From: Erysipelotrichaceae bacterium
GTDB lineage: Bacteria; Bacillota_I; Bacilli_A; Erysipelotrichales; Erysipelotrichaceae
Length of the DNA stretch: 64,000 nucleotides
Direction of reading: 5' to 3'
Assembly: GCA_020026035.1 (NCBI GenBank)
Contig: JAHHRC010000001.1
Location: 11,610 to 75,609, forward strand
The translations under genes were made by a program, and so were the position numbers. The notes under the pieces were generated by a model that was not told the origin of the DNA, made no database searches, and saw only the letters and a program-made list of their open reading frames with translations. This document shows, in pieces, positions 12,882-23,251 of this stretch; the stretch's first letter is position 1; each line of letters begins with the position of its first letter.

Positions 12882-13799
12882 CTATTGTTTCTCTATTTGA
12901 AGACTTCGACGATCAGCACCGATCATTTGTACTGGTCGAGCTAACACTCGAATACGTTCGATGATACGTTCCGCCTCCAAAGGGTCAGTTCCCTTTGATG
13001 TTGAAAGGAAGTGATTTTTCAAGGATTCCATGTCTTCATTACTTGTGAACCAAGTCATCCGCCTATTTTGCATACGTTTGTCCAAAATCGATAAAAGAAT
13101 CGAACGACTTTGTTCCGTAATCGCCTCCGCTCCAATATCGTCAAAGACCACAAAGTCGGCAAAGCTTAAATAGCTTACTTCCTTTCGATAATCTTCCACA
13201 CGATAATTCTCACGCAAGCGATGGGCAAAACTAGGCATATGGACATAGCATACTTTTTTGCCACTACGAGCTAAGTCATTACAGCAGCATGCAGCTAAAT
13301 AACTCTTACCAGTTCCCATAGTGCCATAAAGAAACAATCCAGTCCCCTCTTTGAAGGCTGTCGTTACTTCTTTATACGCAAGTAAATAGTTGGCTTTTTC
13401 ATTTCGAATGTCAATCCCTTGTAACCCAATGGTTTCAAACATGGAACCTAAGTCATTTACATAATAGTTTTGCAAATGCTTAATAGCCTCCATGCGCTCC
13501 ATTTTGTAGTAACACGCCTCTTGCACAGGTTTTAAGATGCGATCATAATCCAACCCATCGCGGTAGCCTTTCGACTTTTGTTTGCAATGGCCTAAACCCT
13601 TACAACCACGACAAAGATTACGACTTTTCACCCAGTCCAAAAAACGATAGGGATAGGTTTCAAGAACAGACATTGGCACTTGCTTGTCTTCTAAAAAGTC
13701 AACAATATCTGGATTCGCCTTCAATAGCTTGATTAACGCATCCCGATTGTTCATTGTCTTTTCATCAACGACAAGTGGTGAAAAATCCATTCGTTTCAT
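12882..13799 (-). CDS. dnaI: Primosomal helicase loader DnaI
   Basis: N-terminal Cys cluster, Walker A GTMGTGKS, DDIGAE, FTSN; follows dnaB. Confidence 0.88.
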   Translation of the reverse strand: MKRMDFSPLVVDEKTMNNRDALIKLLKANPDIVDFLEDKQVPMSVLETYPYRFLDWVKSRNLCRGCKGLGHCKQKSKGYRDGLDYDRILKPVQEACYYKMERMEAIKHLQNYYVNDLGSMFETIGLQGIDIRNEKANYLLAYKEVTTAFKEGTGLFLYGTMGTGKSYLAACCCNDLARSGKKVCYVHMPSFAHRLRENYRVEDYRKEVSYLSFADFVVFDDIGAEAITEQSRSILLSILDKRMQNRRMTWFTSNEDMESLKNHFLSTSKGTDPLEAERIIERIRVLARPVQMIGADRRSLQIEKQ

Positions 13800-13924
13800 C
13801 CTTTACCCCTTCCCCAATATCAAAAAGTACTTCTTGATGTTGCTACTACATTATAACGTAAGAATTTACAAACAAAAAATATTTTAGGGCTGTAAGCCTT
13901 TACAATTTTGAAAACTGTACAAAA

Positions 13925-15139
13925 TTAAAGCGAACGTTGCAATTCTTCAATCTCTAAGCGAAGTTTCTCTTCCTCTTCTTCACTAATCTTCGATTGGTTC
14001 AACACTTCTTCCATACCACCATTCTTTTGAATCTCGGTATAGTATTTTGGAAGAACTTCTTGTTTCTTATAAGATGATTTCTTCTTTGCCTTTGCAACCG
14101 CATTCAAGGCATCTTCCTTCGTCTTCACGCCATCGCGTACCCATTCTGCAAGTACCATATCCACAAACTTTGGAACCAAACGATTCTCGGAAATATTTAA
14201 GATGTATTCAATCATGATATTGATTACTTCCACCGGGAACTTCGACTTCTCTTGTACACGTTCTAGTAACATTGCTTCATTCAAAGATACCTGCATGCCA
14301 TTCTGCTTTGCTTGTAAGAATGATTTCGGTGGTAAGCTATAGCGATCTTTTGCTTGATCAACATCTGGAATTGCCTTGGCACATTTCAGTTTCAACTTTT
14401 CAATATCTAAGCTTTCATCCTTCAAACTCACACAATCCTTAATCAAAACACGCATCTTCTTACTTGAAATCCCATGCACCGTCGCTAGTTTTCCAATCGC
14501 TTTTAGATTCTCTTGGCTTCTAGCACTTACCGGTAAGACAAGCTTTGATGTATTTGCTAAGAAATCATCGTAATCAAAGTCAATCAACACATCTTCATTG
14601 ACAAACTGGAACGATGGTCGAACGGTATGGAAAGCCATCGCCTCCTCAAAGACCTCATCTTCTTCTTTGTAAGTGAGTGGTACCGTAATATTCTTATACC
14701 CTTGTAAACTCACTTCCGATTGTGTCAAACACGTAAGCACATTCTTTGCATGTGTAGGCGTTGTTGCTTTATAGAAATCACGCATAAATAAATTCGCCTT
14801 TACAAACTCTTCCTTTGGAATTGGCGCATGTAAGACATACAAATACGTATTACGCTTTTCTTCTTCTTTGATATACGTATCAAGCAAGCGATACTCTTCT
14901 AGTTTCACCCTTGCCTTTTCTAAGTTTTGAATCGGAATATTCAAAAGCTTTAACAAATGATCATGACTAAAACCACTTGTTTTCATAAAGCGATGGGCAT
15001 ACAAGGTCAAATACAAGGATGTTGCCTCAGCACTAATCATTGGTTGATACAGTAACATCAACACTTGCATCTTCGTTTCCGATAAGAAACTATCCGCCTG
15101 CACACGACACACATCATGCGGCATTAACTCCATGTACAT
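13925..15139 (-). CDS. dnaB: Replication initiation/membrane attachment protein DnaB (Firmicutes, DnaD-domain)
   Basis: LYQPMI..EA.SLY N-terminus and C-terminal W...GVKT motif; coaE-dnaB-dnaI synteny. Confidence 0.85.
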   Translation of the reverse strand: MYMELMPHDVCRVQADSFLSETKMQVLMLLYQPMISAEATSLYLTLYAHRFMKTSGFSHDHLLKLLNIPIQNLEKARVKLEEYRLLDTYIKEEEKRNTYLYVLHAPIPKEEFVKANLFMRDFYKATTPTHAKNVLTCLTQSEVSLQGYKNITVPLTYKEEDEVFEEAMAFHTVRPSFQFVNEDVLIDFDYDDFLANTSKLVLPVSARSQENLKAIGKLATVHGISSKKMRVLIKDCVSLKDESLDIEKLKLKCAKAIPDVDQAKDRYSLPPKSFLQAKQNGMQVSLNEAMLLERVQEKSKFPVEVINIMIEYILNISENRLVPKFVDMVLAEWVRDGVKTKEDALNAVAKAKKKSSYKKQEVLPKYYTEIQKNGGMEEVLNQSKISEEEEEKLRLEIEELQRSL

Positions 15140-15737
15140 CCCTCCTTCTTCGACTCACAAACGCATTTACCATACGACTTGTTTCCCGTTTTAATTCACT
15201 CAATTGTCCCTCATTGTAAATCACATAATCCGCTTGTTCGATCTGAACCTTTGGATCTAATTGCGACGCATACCGTTTCATTGCTTCTTCTTCACTATAG
15301 CCACGCATTTCTACCATACGATCAATTGCTGTTTCTTTGTTGCATGTTACTACTACAATTCCAGCAAACAAATCCAACCAGTCCGTTTCAAACAACAACG
15401 GAACTTCCACAAAGACAACTTCCTTGTCTTCATGACGCTTTGCAAAGCGCAACATGCCTTCTTTGACAAATGGATGCACAATTGCATTCAACTGCAATCG
15501 TTTCTCATCATTTTCAAAAATACAAGCAGCTAACTTCTTGCGATCAATTTCAAGATTCGCATCTAAGATATCCCTTCCAAACGCATCAACAATCTGTTGA
15601 TATGTCACTTGACTTTGTAACAAGGCAAGATGGGCATAGCCATCACAATCAAAGACAGGAAGCCTTCTCTGTTTTAAAAAGTTACAAACCTCGGACTTTC
15701 CTGAGGCAATCGTACCGGTAATCGCAATCAATTTCAT
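15114..15737 (-). CDS. coaE: Dephospho-CoA kinase
   Basis: ITGTIASGKS, IVHP and EVPLLFE motifs; start at ATG 15737. Confidence 0.95.
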   Translation of the reverse strand: MKLIAITGTIASGKSEVCNFLKQRRLPVFDCDGYAHLALLQSQVTYQQIVDAFGRDILDANLEIDRKKLAACIFENDEKRLQLNAIVHPFVKEGMLRFAKRHEDKEVVFVEVPLLFETDWLDLFAGIVVVTCNKETAIDRMVEMRGYSEEEAMKRYASQLDPKVQIEQADYVIYNEGQLSELKRETSRMVNAFVSRRRRDVHGVNAA

Positions 15738-15747
15738 ATAAAACTCC

Positions 15748-16554
15748 TCATTTTTGACAGACTGGACAATAGTAGGAAGACCTACCACCAATCCGTTTCA
15801 TTTGTATCTTCGCTCCACAAACCTTACATACCTTTTGTTCGTGGACCATACAAGATAGCTGGAATCGACCATGCACACCCTCAATCGACGTATAAGAGCG
15901 AATCGTTGTGCCACCTGCTTGAATCGCTTCCCGTAAGATCCGATTCGTTTCTTCTACAATTCCAACACTATCTTTCTTCGTAATTCGTTTACAACTTCTT
16001 CCAGGCCTTAAAGATGTCGCAAACAAGATTTCATCGGCATAGATATTTCCAATTCCTGCAATAAAATCTTGCTTTAACAACAGTGTCTTTAACGGCATAT
16101 CTTTCTTCTTACAAACCTCATACACATATGCACTTGTAAAAGCATCTGTATTTGGTTCAACCCCTAGATTATGAAAGGTATTGAAATCACAATCCAAAGG
16201 CCATAGCTCCATTCTTCCAAACTTTCGTGTGTCATGGTAGCGAAGCGTCATACCATCATCTAACGTAAACACAACATGTTCATGCTTACTGAATGGCTCA
16301 CTTGCCTCTTTGATAAAGTACTTCCCTTCCATTCGTAAATGCGACACAAAGTAACATGTGTCCATTTGAAAAATCAAATACTTCCCTCGTCTTAAAAACC
16401 CTTGAAAGCGTTGATTCTTTAACGTTTCAACAAACACACTCACATCGCCATCAATGATCGGTGCATAATTCACCTTCACATCGACAATCTTACGCCCACG
16501 AATACGATGTTCTAAGGCCCGTAACACCGTTTCTACTTCTGGTAATTCTGGCAT
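15748..16554 (-). CDS. mutM: Formamidopyrimidine-DNA glycosylase
   Basis: MPELPEVET, HLRMEG, GIGNIYADE, C-terminal Zn finger. Confidence 0.98.
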   Translation of the reverse strand: MPELPEVETVLRALEHRIRGRKIVDVKVNYAPIIDGDVSVFVETLKNQRFQGFLRRGKYLIFQMDTCYFVSHLRMEGKYFIKEASEPFSKHEHVVFTLDDGMTLRYHDTRKFGRMELWPLDCDFNTFHNLGVEPNTDAFTSAYVYEVCKKKDMPLKTLLLKQDFIAGIGNIYADEILFATSLRPGRSCKRITKKDSVGIVEETNRILREAIQAGGTTIRSYTSIEGVHGRFQLSCMVHEQKVCKVCGAKIQMKRIGGRSSYYCPVCQK

Positions 16555-19160
16555 TATTTTGCCTCATACCACGTTTGTCCACAATTCATTTCCACAGTTA
16601 ATGGAACCTTTAGTTCCATCGCATGAACCATTCCGTCTTCAATGATTTGTTTCATAACGTCTATTTCTTCATTCACAACATCAAAGATCAATTCATCGTG
16701 TACTTGAAGAATCATCTTAGATTGTACGTTCTTTTCTTTCATCATCGCATCAATCTTAAGCATTGCAAGCTTAATAAGATCTGCTGCAGATCCTTGAATT
16801 GGTGCATTCATCGCTGCACGTTTTCCAAATTCCTTCATCATAAAGGACTTATTATGAATTTCTGGAATCTCACGTCTTCTACCACTCAACGTTTCTACAT
16901 AGCCATGTGCTTCACAGAAGGCAACTAGTTCTTGCATATATGTCTGAATCCGTGGGTATTTTTCATAGTAGGTCGCAATAAATTGTTTCGCTTCTTTTCT
17001 AGTGCAGCCAAGTTGTTCCGCTAGACCAAAGTCGGAAATTCCATACACAACCCCGAAGTTAACCGTCTTTGCCTTACGACGCATATCACTTGTAACATCT
17101 TCCATAGACACATCAAAGATATCCATCGCTGTTTTTGTATGAACATCAATGCCTTCATTAAAGGCAGCAATTAATTGTTTCTCATCGGCCATATCGGCAA
17201 GCATTCGCAATTCAATTTGGTGATAGTCACAACTAATTAAGGTATGCCCTTCACTTGCCATAAATGCCTTACGAATCTCTTTTCCTTGTTCATCACGAAC
17301 GGAGATATTCTGTAAGTTTGGTTCACTTGAAGAAAGACGACCCGTCTGTGTTGCGGCTTGGTTATAAATCGTATGAATTCTTCCATCTTCACGAATATAT
17401 TTCTGTAAGCCATCGGCGTACGTCGAATAAATCTTACTCAACTTTCGATACACAAGAATTGGTTCAATGATTGGATGACTTCCCTTTAGCTTTTCTAATT
17501 GATCTGCTGAAGTCGAACGTTTCTTACCATGTGGCAAGGCTAAATCATCAAACAATACTTCGCCTAATTGCTTTGGCGAATTGACATTGAATTCTTTTCC
17601 CGCATAACCAACAATCTTACGCTCTTCTTCATCCAACAATGCCTTCATCTTTTTGGCAATTTCTTCTAATACAGAGACTTCACAACGAATTCCTGTTTCT
17701 TCCATTGCGAATAATACATTGGTTAACGGTAAATCAATATCACGATACACATGAACCATATTTGCTTGTTCTAAACGCGCATAAGCTTCCTCAAACAAGC
17801 GATGAATGTTCATACAACTTTCACAGGCATACAAGATTTCATCATCAAAGTCGACTAACTTTGGACGAGCCTTTGTGCCATAGATTTCATCGTAGGTCTT
17901 CGTTGTGACAAGTTCAAAGGCGGTTTGAATCTTCGCTGTTGAAGTCAATGTAGAATCGACTAAACTAGCCACAATCATCGCATCTTCATCAAACAATACA
18001 TCCATTCCATAACGCTTTAATACATGCATCGAACGTTTATTATCATAGCTAATCAAACGATGCTCACTTGTTAAATACGATTTCAATGCATCATCTTTCA
18101 TGGCATCATCAATCGTTATGTACACTGCATTTGTTCCATCAAATAGCGCTAAGCCATAGACAATGGCTTCTTCTTGGCTGTCTTGGTTATCATGCACAAA
18201 GATTGTAAGATCCCCGTCTAACATGTTCGATGGAACTTGCATTACATGTTTGACACTCGAACAAACCTCAGCTGCTAATTCTTCTTGTTGCTCATCCTGG
18301 ACAAAGACTTGATATTTCTTTGCCATAGAATACATATCAACGCCTTCAAAGAATTGTACTAAGGTCTTATAGTTTGGCTCAAACATACAAGCATCTACCG
18401 TAAAGTCTAAAGGAACATCACAACGAATCGTTGCAAGTTGCTTACTTAGCTTTGCCATTTCAATGCCTGCTTGAATCTTCTTTCCAGCTGCACCTTTGAT
18501 TTCATCAGCATGTGCTAATACTTCATCAACTGTTCCATAGGTATCAAGAAGCTTCATTGCCGTCTTTTCACCAATGCCCTTAATTCCTGGAATATTATCG
18601 GCAGAATCTCCCATCAAGGCTTTTAAATCAATGACTTGACTAGGCGTAATGCCATATTCTTCCTTTAAGGAAGTAAGGTTCATTTCTGCCATTTCGGAAA
18701 TCCCCTTCTTCATTAACATGACACAGGTATCTTGTTCAATCAGCTGTAACATATCGCGATCACTTGTCAAAATGATCGTATCAAATTCTGGTGTATTGCG
18801 ACTCATTGTCCCAATTAAATCATCGGCTTCAATGTCTTGCATTTCTACCCACTTAATCGCAAAGGCATCTAAATAATCACGCACCAATTGAAACTGCGGA
18901 ACCAAATCATCTGGGGCATGTTTCCGGGTGCCTTTGTAGTCTGCATATAAATCATGACGGAACGTGTGTTTTCCCGCATCAAATGCGACCAATACCGCAT
19001 CTGGTTCAACAAGGTCTAAGGCCTTTTGTAACATCCTGGAAAAGCCAAAAATGGCATTGGTTGGTGTTCCGTTGGAACTTGTCATCCGCGTTCCATAGGC
19101 CGTTGCATAATAGGCCCGAAATAACATCGAATTTCCATCGACTAAAAGAAGTTTTTTCAT
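16554..19160 (-). CDS. polA: DNA polymerase I
   Basis: 5'-3' exonuclease (DGNS, EADD, GDSADNIPG), motif A DYHQIELR, QVHDEL; start at ATG 19160 after GGAGG. Confidence 0.98.
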   Translation of the reverse strand: MKKLLLVDGNSMLFRAYYATAYGTRMTSSNGTPTNAIFGFSRMLQKALDLVEPDAVLVAFDAGKHTFRHDLYADYKGTRKHAPDDLVPQFQLVRDYLDAFAIKWVEMQDIEADDLIGTMSRNTPEFDTIILTSDRDMLQLIEQDTCVMLMKKGISEMAEMNLTSLKEEYGITPSQVIDLKALMGDSADNIPGIKGIGEKTAMKLLDTYGTVDEVLAHADEIKGAAGKKIQAGIEMAKLSKQLATIRCDVPLDFTVDACMFEPNYKTLVQFFEGVDMYSMAKKYQVFVQDEQQEELAAEVCSSVKHVMQVPSNMLDGDLTIFVHDNQDSQEEAIVYGLALFDGTNAVYITIDDAMKDDALKSYLTSEHRLISYDNKRSMHVLKRYGMDVLFDEDAMIVASLVDSTLTSTAKIQTAFELVTTKTYDEIYGTKARPKLVDFDDEILYACESCMNIHRLFEEAYARLEQANMVHVYRDIDLPLTNVLFAMEETGIRCEVSVLEEIAKKMKALLDEEERKIVGYAGKEFNVNSPKQLGEVLFDDLALPHGKKRSTSADQLEKLKGSHPIIEPILVYRKLSKIYSTYADGLQKYIREDGRIHTIYNQAATQTGRLSSSEPNLQNISVRDEQGKEIRKAFMASEGHTLISCDYHQIELRMLADMADEKQLIAAFNEGIDVHTKTAMDIFDVSMEDVTSDMRRKAKTVNFGVVYGISDFGLAEQLGCTRKEAKQFIATYYEKYPRIQTYMQELVAFCEAHGYVETLSGRRREIPEIHNKSFMMKEFGKRAAMNAPIQGSAADLIKLAMLKIDAMMKEKNVQSKMILQVHDELIFDVVNEEIDVMKQIIEDGMVHAMELKVPLTVEMNCGQTWYEAK

Positions 19161-19231
19161 AAATTCCTCCATCAACTATTGTATCACTCAAGACTCAAAA
19201 GGAATCACAACCATGCATGATTCCTTCCATC

Positions 19232-20287
19232 TTATTTCTTTTCTTCGTTTGCTTTTTCTTGCATCGCTTCTTGAGAAGCTTTTGCCATCCGAATTTGTAC
19301 TTCATCACGATCTTCGGCCATCGTTTGTAAGGTTGAAAGATTCTCATACATCATTGATAAGTAATCTTTTCCCGATTCGACCTCTTCTTGTGTTAGAGAG
19401 GACACATTTGATAACTCGACACGTGTAAGGTTTAAATCTTCTTCTAAATGATCAAACAACGCAAGCATGTCTTCACTCATATTTGGCTCATACACAATGT
19501 ATTTCACCCCATCGCTTTTAATGCGTTGTTCAATGAGTTCTAACTGTTCTTTGTTTGGAAGTGCTCCATACTTGGAAAGAATTGCTGGATACACTTGAAT
19601 GCCATAGGTCTTTTGCCAGTTTCCAAAGCTTGCCGTCATCGACACAAAGCGAATCACTCGATTGTTTGCCTCGTTGCTTGTTGCCATCGCTTGGTATTGG
19701 GCATCTAAGTTAATCAAGTCTGTTTCTAACTTCTCAAAGTTTTCATGGAACATCTTGGAATCATCTGGGAATGTCAAATCCAACCATTCAAGAATATCTT
19801 TCGCCATTGAAAGCATCGCAATTGGATCTAACCACAAGTACAAGTCACGATTATCAATGTCCACCGTCTTAAAGGCATCTCCCTTATAGTATGGTGTTTC
19901 AATAAACGTACTTTCGCCATCGGTAATCACTTCTGTATAGCGTTCAAAGTTATACACCGCATTCATAATCGACAAGTCTAATTGTCGTTGTTGAATGGCT
20001 GTAATATCTTCTTTGTACATACCAAGATAAGGCTCTAAATCCCCAATGTGCATAAAGATTGCCGAATCTTCTAGAATCTCTTTGTAATTTGGTTCAATCG
20101 TAGCGCGTTGCACAATTTCATCGGTTTGAATGGACTCACTCATCACTTGCCCATTGGTCAATCGTTCTACTAAGAATCCAATTGGATATACGGTATACGC
20201 TACCTTTGTTTTTACATTCGCACAGCCTGCAAACATCGAAACAAATACACAACAAGTAAGCAAGACTGATAAATATCGTTTTCTCAT
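19232..20287 (-). CDS. TroA/ZnuA-fold ABC substrate-binding lipoprotein (orphan)
   Basis: Lipobox FAGC, TVYPI, WLDP and DYLSMMYENL motifs typical of cluster A-I SBPs. Confidence 0.75.
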   Translation of the reverse strand: MRKRYLSVLLTCCVFVSMFAGCANVKTKVAYTVYPIGFLVERLTNGQVMSESIQTDEIVQRATIEPNYKEILEDSAIFMHIGDLEPYLGMYKEDITAIQQRQLDLSIMNAVYNFERYTEVITDGESTFIETPYYKGDAFKTVDIDNRDLYLWLDPIAMLSMAKDILEWLDLTFPDDSKMFHENFEKLETDLINLDAQYQAMATSNEANNRVIRFVSMTASFGNWQKTYGIQVYPAILSKYGALPNKEQLELIEQRIKSDGVKYIVYEPNMSEDMLALFDHLEEDLNLTRVELSNVSSLTQEEVESGKDYLSMMYENLSTLQTMAEDRDEVQIRMAKASQEAMQEKANEEKK

Positions 20288-20349
20288 CTTTTCACCATCA
20301 CTTCAGTAACGATTATACCATAGGATTGAAACCAATTAAGAACAAACTA

Positions 20350-21033
20350 TTACATCAAACCTTCTCTTTTCAAAGACATACAACCCCGCTTTGTAATAAT
20401 GATATGGTCTAATACAGCGATGTTAAAGACATAACTCGCTTCCTTTAATCGCTTCGTTAACATCAGGTCTTGTTCACTTGCACATAGATTGCCGGATGGA
20501 TGATTATGGGCCACAACAATCGAAGCTGCCCCTTTCAAGATGGCTTTACGCAAAATCTCTTTCACCGATACTACACTACAGTTCTCACTTCCTTTAAACA
20601 GTGTTTCCATTTCTAAAATATTATTTCCACCATCTAAGTAAATCACCATAAACTCTTCCTGTGTCTTTCCACCCTTTTCCAGTCGTAAGTATTCATACAA
20701 ACTCTCTGGAGATTTGACATTGAACTTCATGGGAATGGTTTCTTCAATCATTCGTTTTGCCAGTTCAAAATGAGCCATTAACTCAATTGCCTTAATCGTT
20801 GAAATCCCATCCACTTGCATAAACTCTTCTTTTTCAAGTCCGGCAATTCCATTTAAACTCACCCCCTTTTCAAGTAACCCATCAGCAATCTCGAACACAC
20901 CATGCTTACTTGTTCCACTTCGTAACAAAATCGCCAACAACTCTTTATTACTTAATACCGACACCCCATATTTCAATGCTTTCTCTCTTGGGCGTTCTTC
21001 TTTCGCTAAGTCTTTGATATTCATAACTTTCAC
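20350..21033 (-). CDS. radC: RadC family JAB-domain protein
   Basis: ERPREK, ELLAILLRSG, HNHPSG and LDHIII motifs. Confidence 0.95.
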   Translation of the reverse strand: MKVMNIKDLAKEERPREKALKYGVSVLSNKELLAILLRSGTSKHGVFEIADGLLEKGVSLNGIAGLEKEEFMQVDGISTIKAIELMAHFELAKRMIEETIPMKFNVKSPESLYEYLRLEKGGKTQEEFMVIYLDGGNNILEMETLFKGSENCSVVSVKEILRKAILKGAASIVVAHNHPSGNLCASEQDLMLTKRLKEASYVFNIAVLDHIIITKRGCMSLKREGLM

Positions 21034-21166
21034 CTCACTTGCTTTATTCGTAAAAGCAACAAATAAGTTTCAAAAACATGAAAACTTAAGCATCTCTTAA
21101 GCAATTTTCGAACAATTTTACATTTGACTTATGGTATAATGCAACAAGAACAAAGGTGGTATTTTT

Positions 21167-23158
21167 ATGACTGTAACAACAAAATTACTCGTTACGATCG
21201 CAACCGTTTTATTACTCGCAACAACGGGTGCAGGCGTCTATTACTTAAATGAAACAGGACAAATTAACTGGTTTTCCAAAACCATTGAAATTCCAGATCT
21301 TGTCGGTAAAAGCAAAGAAGAAGTCGAATCTTGGGTACAAGCAAATGAACTTGAAGCAGACTTCGTTGCTTATTCGTATGTGTATGACAATGAAATGGAA
21401 CTTGACCATGTCGTAAGTCAATCCGTAGAAGCAAACAAAAAGATTAAACGCTCGGAACACTTAGACCTCGACATCTCGGGTGGAAAAGACCCAGATCAAG
21501 AATTCATCCTTCCAGACTTTAAAGGACAAAGCATGAAGGAAGTTGCCGAATGGTTTACAAGCAATGACTTTAAACTCGTATCTTACGCGTTTAAAAAAGA
21601 TCCAAGCTTAGAAAAAGACCAATTCATTTCCTGTGAACCAAACGTTGGAGAAACCGTGAAACGCAACACTAAGATTGTTGTAACCTTCTCCTCTGGTGAT
21701 CAAGCAAATGAAAACGAAGAAGTAACCGTTCCAGACTTTAAACCATATACCTATAACGAAATGCAAAAATGGGGCAAAGAAAACCGCATCAGTCTTGTCT
21801 TCGACTTTGAATTCGATGACAAGATTGGTAAAGGTCAATATATCAAACAAAGCATCAAGCCAAACGCAACCATGAAAGCAGGCGAAAAGATCGTCATCAC
21901 AATCTCTAACGGTAAATCCGTAGGCATTGAATCCTTCATCGGTAAAACCCGTAAAGATGCCGAAGCTTGGTGCAAACAAAACAACGTAAAACCAGTCTTC
22001 ATCGATGTCTATGCCAAAGAAAAACAAGGAACCATCGTCGCTCAAAGCGTCACCAAAGGAAATATCACAAAAGATTCGAAGATTACCTTCTCCTTAGCCG
22101 CTGGACCTGTTCCTTTACAAAACTATGTAGGACGTACGAAAGATGAATTCAATGGCTATATTGCATGGCTTAACAATGAAGCTTACAAGTCGGCAAAGCT
22201 TACATTTGAAATCGTTGAAGTGGATGCCAACGACAAAAAACCAGGTACCATCTTAGAACAAAATCCAAACACCCCTTGTAATCCAGGTACGAAAGTAACT
22301 ATTAAGATTGCAAAGATCGGTAAAGTCACCGTTGAAAACAAAAAGAACTCTACGGAACAAGATTTCAAGACTTACCTATCCAATCTAGGATTACAACTTG
22401 GTAACCGTGTTGAAGAATATAGTAACGACGTTTCTAGTGGCAAGATTATAAACAACTCCACCGGTACATTTGACCGTGGAACAAGCATTAACTATACCGT
22501 ATCCAAAGGTGCATATTCCTTTGATCCAACACCTTACTTAAAAGAAGGAACTGCCTTCAACCACGGAAACTTCGCCGAAGCGAAAAACCATGGTTGGACA
22601 GTCAATGTTGTAGAAGACTTTAACTCAACTCTAGCAGCTGGTACAATCGTTTCAAGCTCCGTCAACGGCAAACAAATCACAGTCACATTAAGCAAAGGAA
22701 AAGACCCACGCATTGATGTTGTAAGTGTGATTGGCCAAGACGTTGAAACAGCCAAACAAACACTCGCCAATAGAGGCTTTACAAATATTGTAGCGATTCA
22801 AGCAGACGCATCCGATGAACCTGCCAATAAGGTCATCGCTCAAAACCCAACAAGTGGGAAATACGATGCAAATCAACAAATCATGCTTACCTACTCGCCT
22901 GGTAAACCAGAAGTACAACAAGCTACGATTCCAGATATCCAGGTTGACTTCTTCGCTGCCGCAGATAGAGCTATTATCGAAAGTGGAGTCATTTCAAAGA
23001 TTCGTGGTGCAGGATTTACAAATGTACGCGTTGTAGAAAAAAATACGCTTGAAAACAATCCAAACAACTATTCTGGTTTAGAATCAATTAATCCAGCTCC
23101 AGGTACAACGTTACCAGTGGATTCCGAAATAACTGTTACAATCTTAGTACCAAGATAA
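21167..23158 (+). CDS. Membrane-anchored multi-PASTA-domain protein
   Basis: One N-terminal TM, then repeated ~65-70 aa units (PDLVG/PDFKG ... G.IxxQ..P ... ISxG); no catalytic domain seen. Confidence 0.85.
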   Translation: MTVTTKLLVTIATVLLLATTGAGVYYLNETGQINWFSKTIEIPDLVGKSKEEVESWVQANELEADFVAYSYVYDNEMELDHVVSQSVEANKKIKRSEHLDLDISGGKDPDQEFILPDFKGQSMKEVAEWFTSNDFKLVSYAFKKDPSLEKDQFISCEPNVGETVKRNTKIVVTFSSGDQANENEEVTVPDFKPYTYNEMQKWGKENRISLVFDFEFDDKIGKGQYIKQSIKPNATMKAGEKIVITISNGKSVGIESFIGKTRKDAEAWCKQNNVKPVFIDVYAKEKQGTIVAQSVTKGNITKDSKITFSLAAGPVPLQNYVGRTKDEFNGYIAWLNNEAYKSAKLTFEIVEVDANDKKPGTILEQNPNTPCNPGTKVTIKIAKIGKVTVENKKNSTEQDFKTYLSNLGLQLGNRVEEYSNDVSSGKIINNSTGTFDRGTSINYTVSKGAYSFDPTPYLKEGTAFNHGNFAEAKNHGWTVNVVEDFNSTLAAGTIVSSSVNGKQITVTLSKGKDPRIDVVSVIGQDVETAKQTLANRGFTNIVAIQADASDEPANKVIAQNPTSGKYDANQQIMLTYSPGKPEVQQATIPDIQVDFFAAADRAIIESGVISKIRGAGFTNVRVVEKNTLENNPNNYSGLESINPAPGTTLPVDSEITVTILVPR

Positions 23159-23162
23159 CAAC

Positions 23163-23244
23163 GAAAGGCTGCTCAACTTGCAGCCTTTTCTAATGCCATC
23201 ACATAAAGAAAGCACCTATCGTAAGTTCGCTTACAATAGGTGCT
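23163..23244. terminator. Terminators of convergent PASTA and GH73 genes
   Basis: AAAGGCTGC...GCAGCCTTTT and AGCACCTATCGTAAG...CTTACAATAGGTGCT hairpins. Confidence 0.7.
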
Positions 23245-23251
23245 ATTTTCG

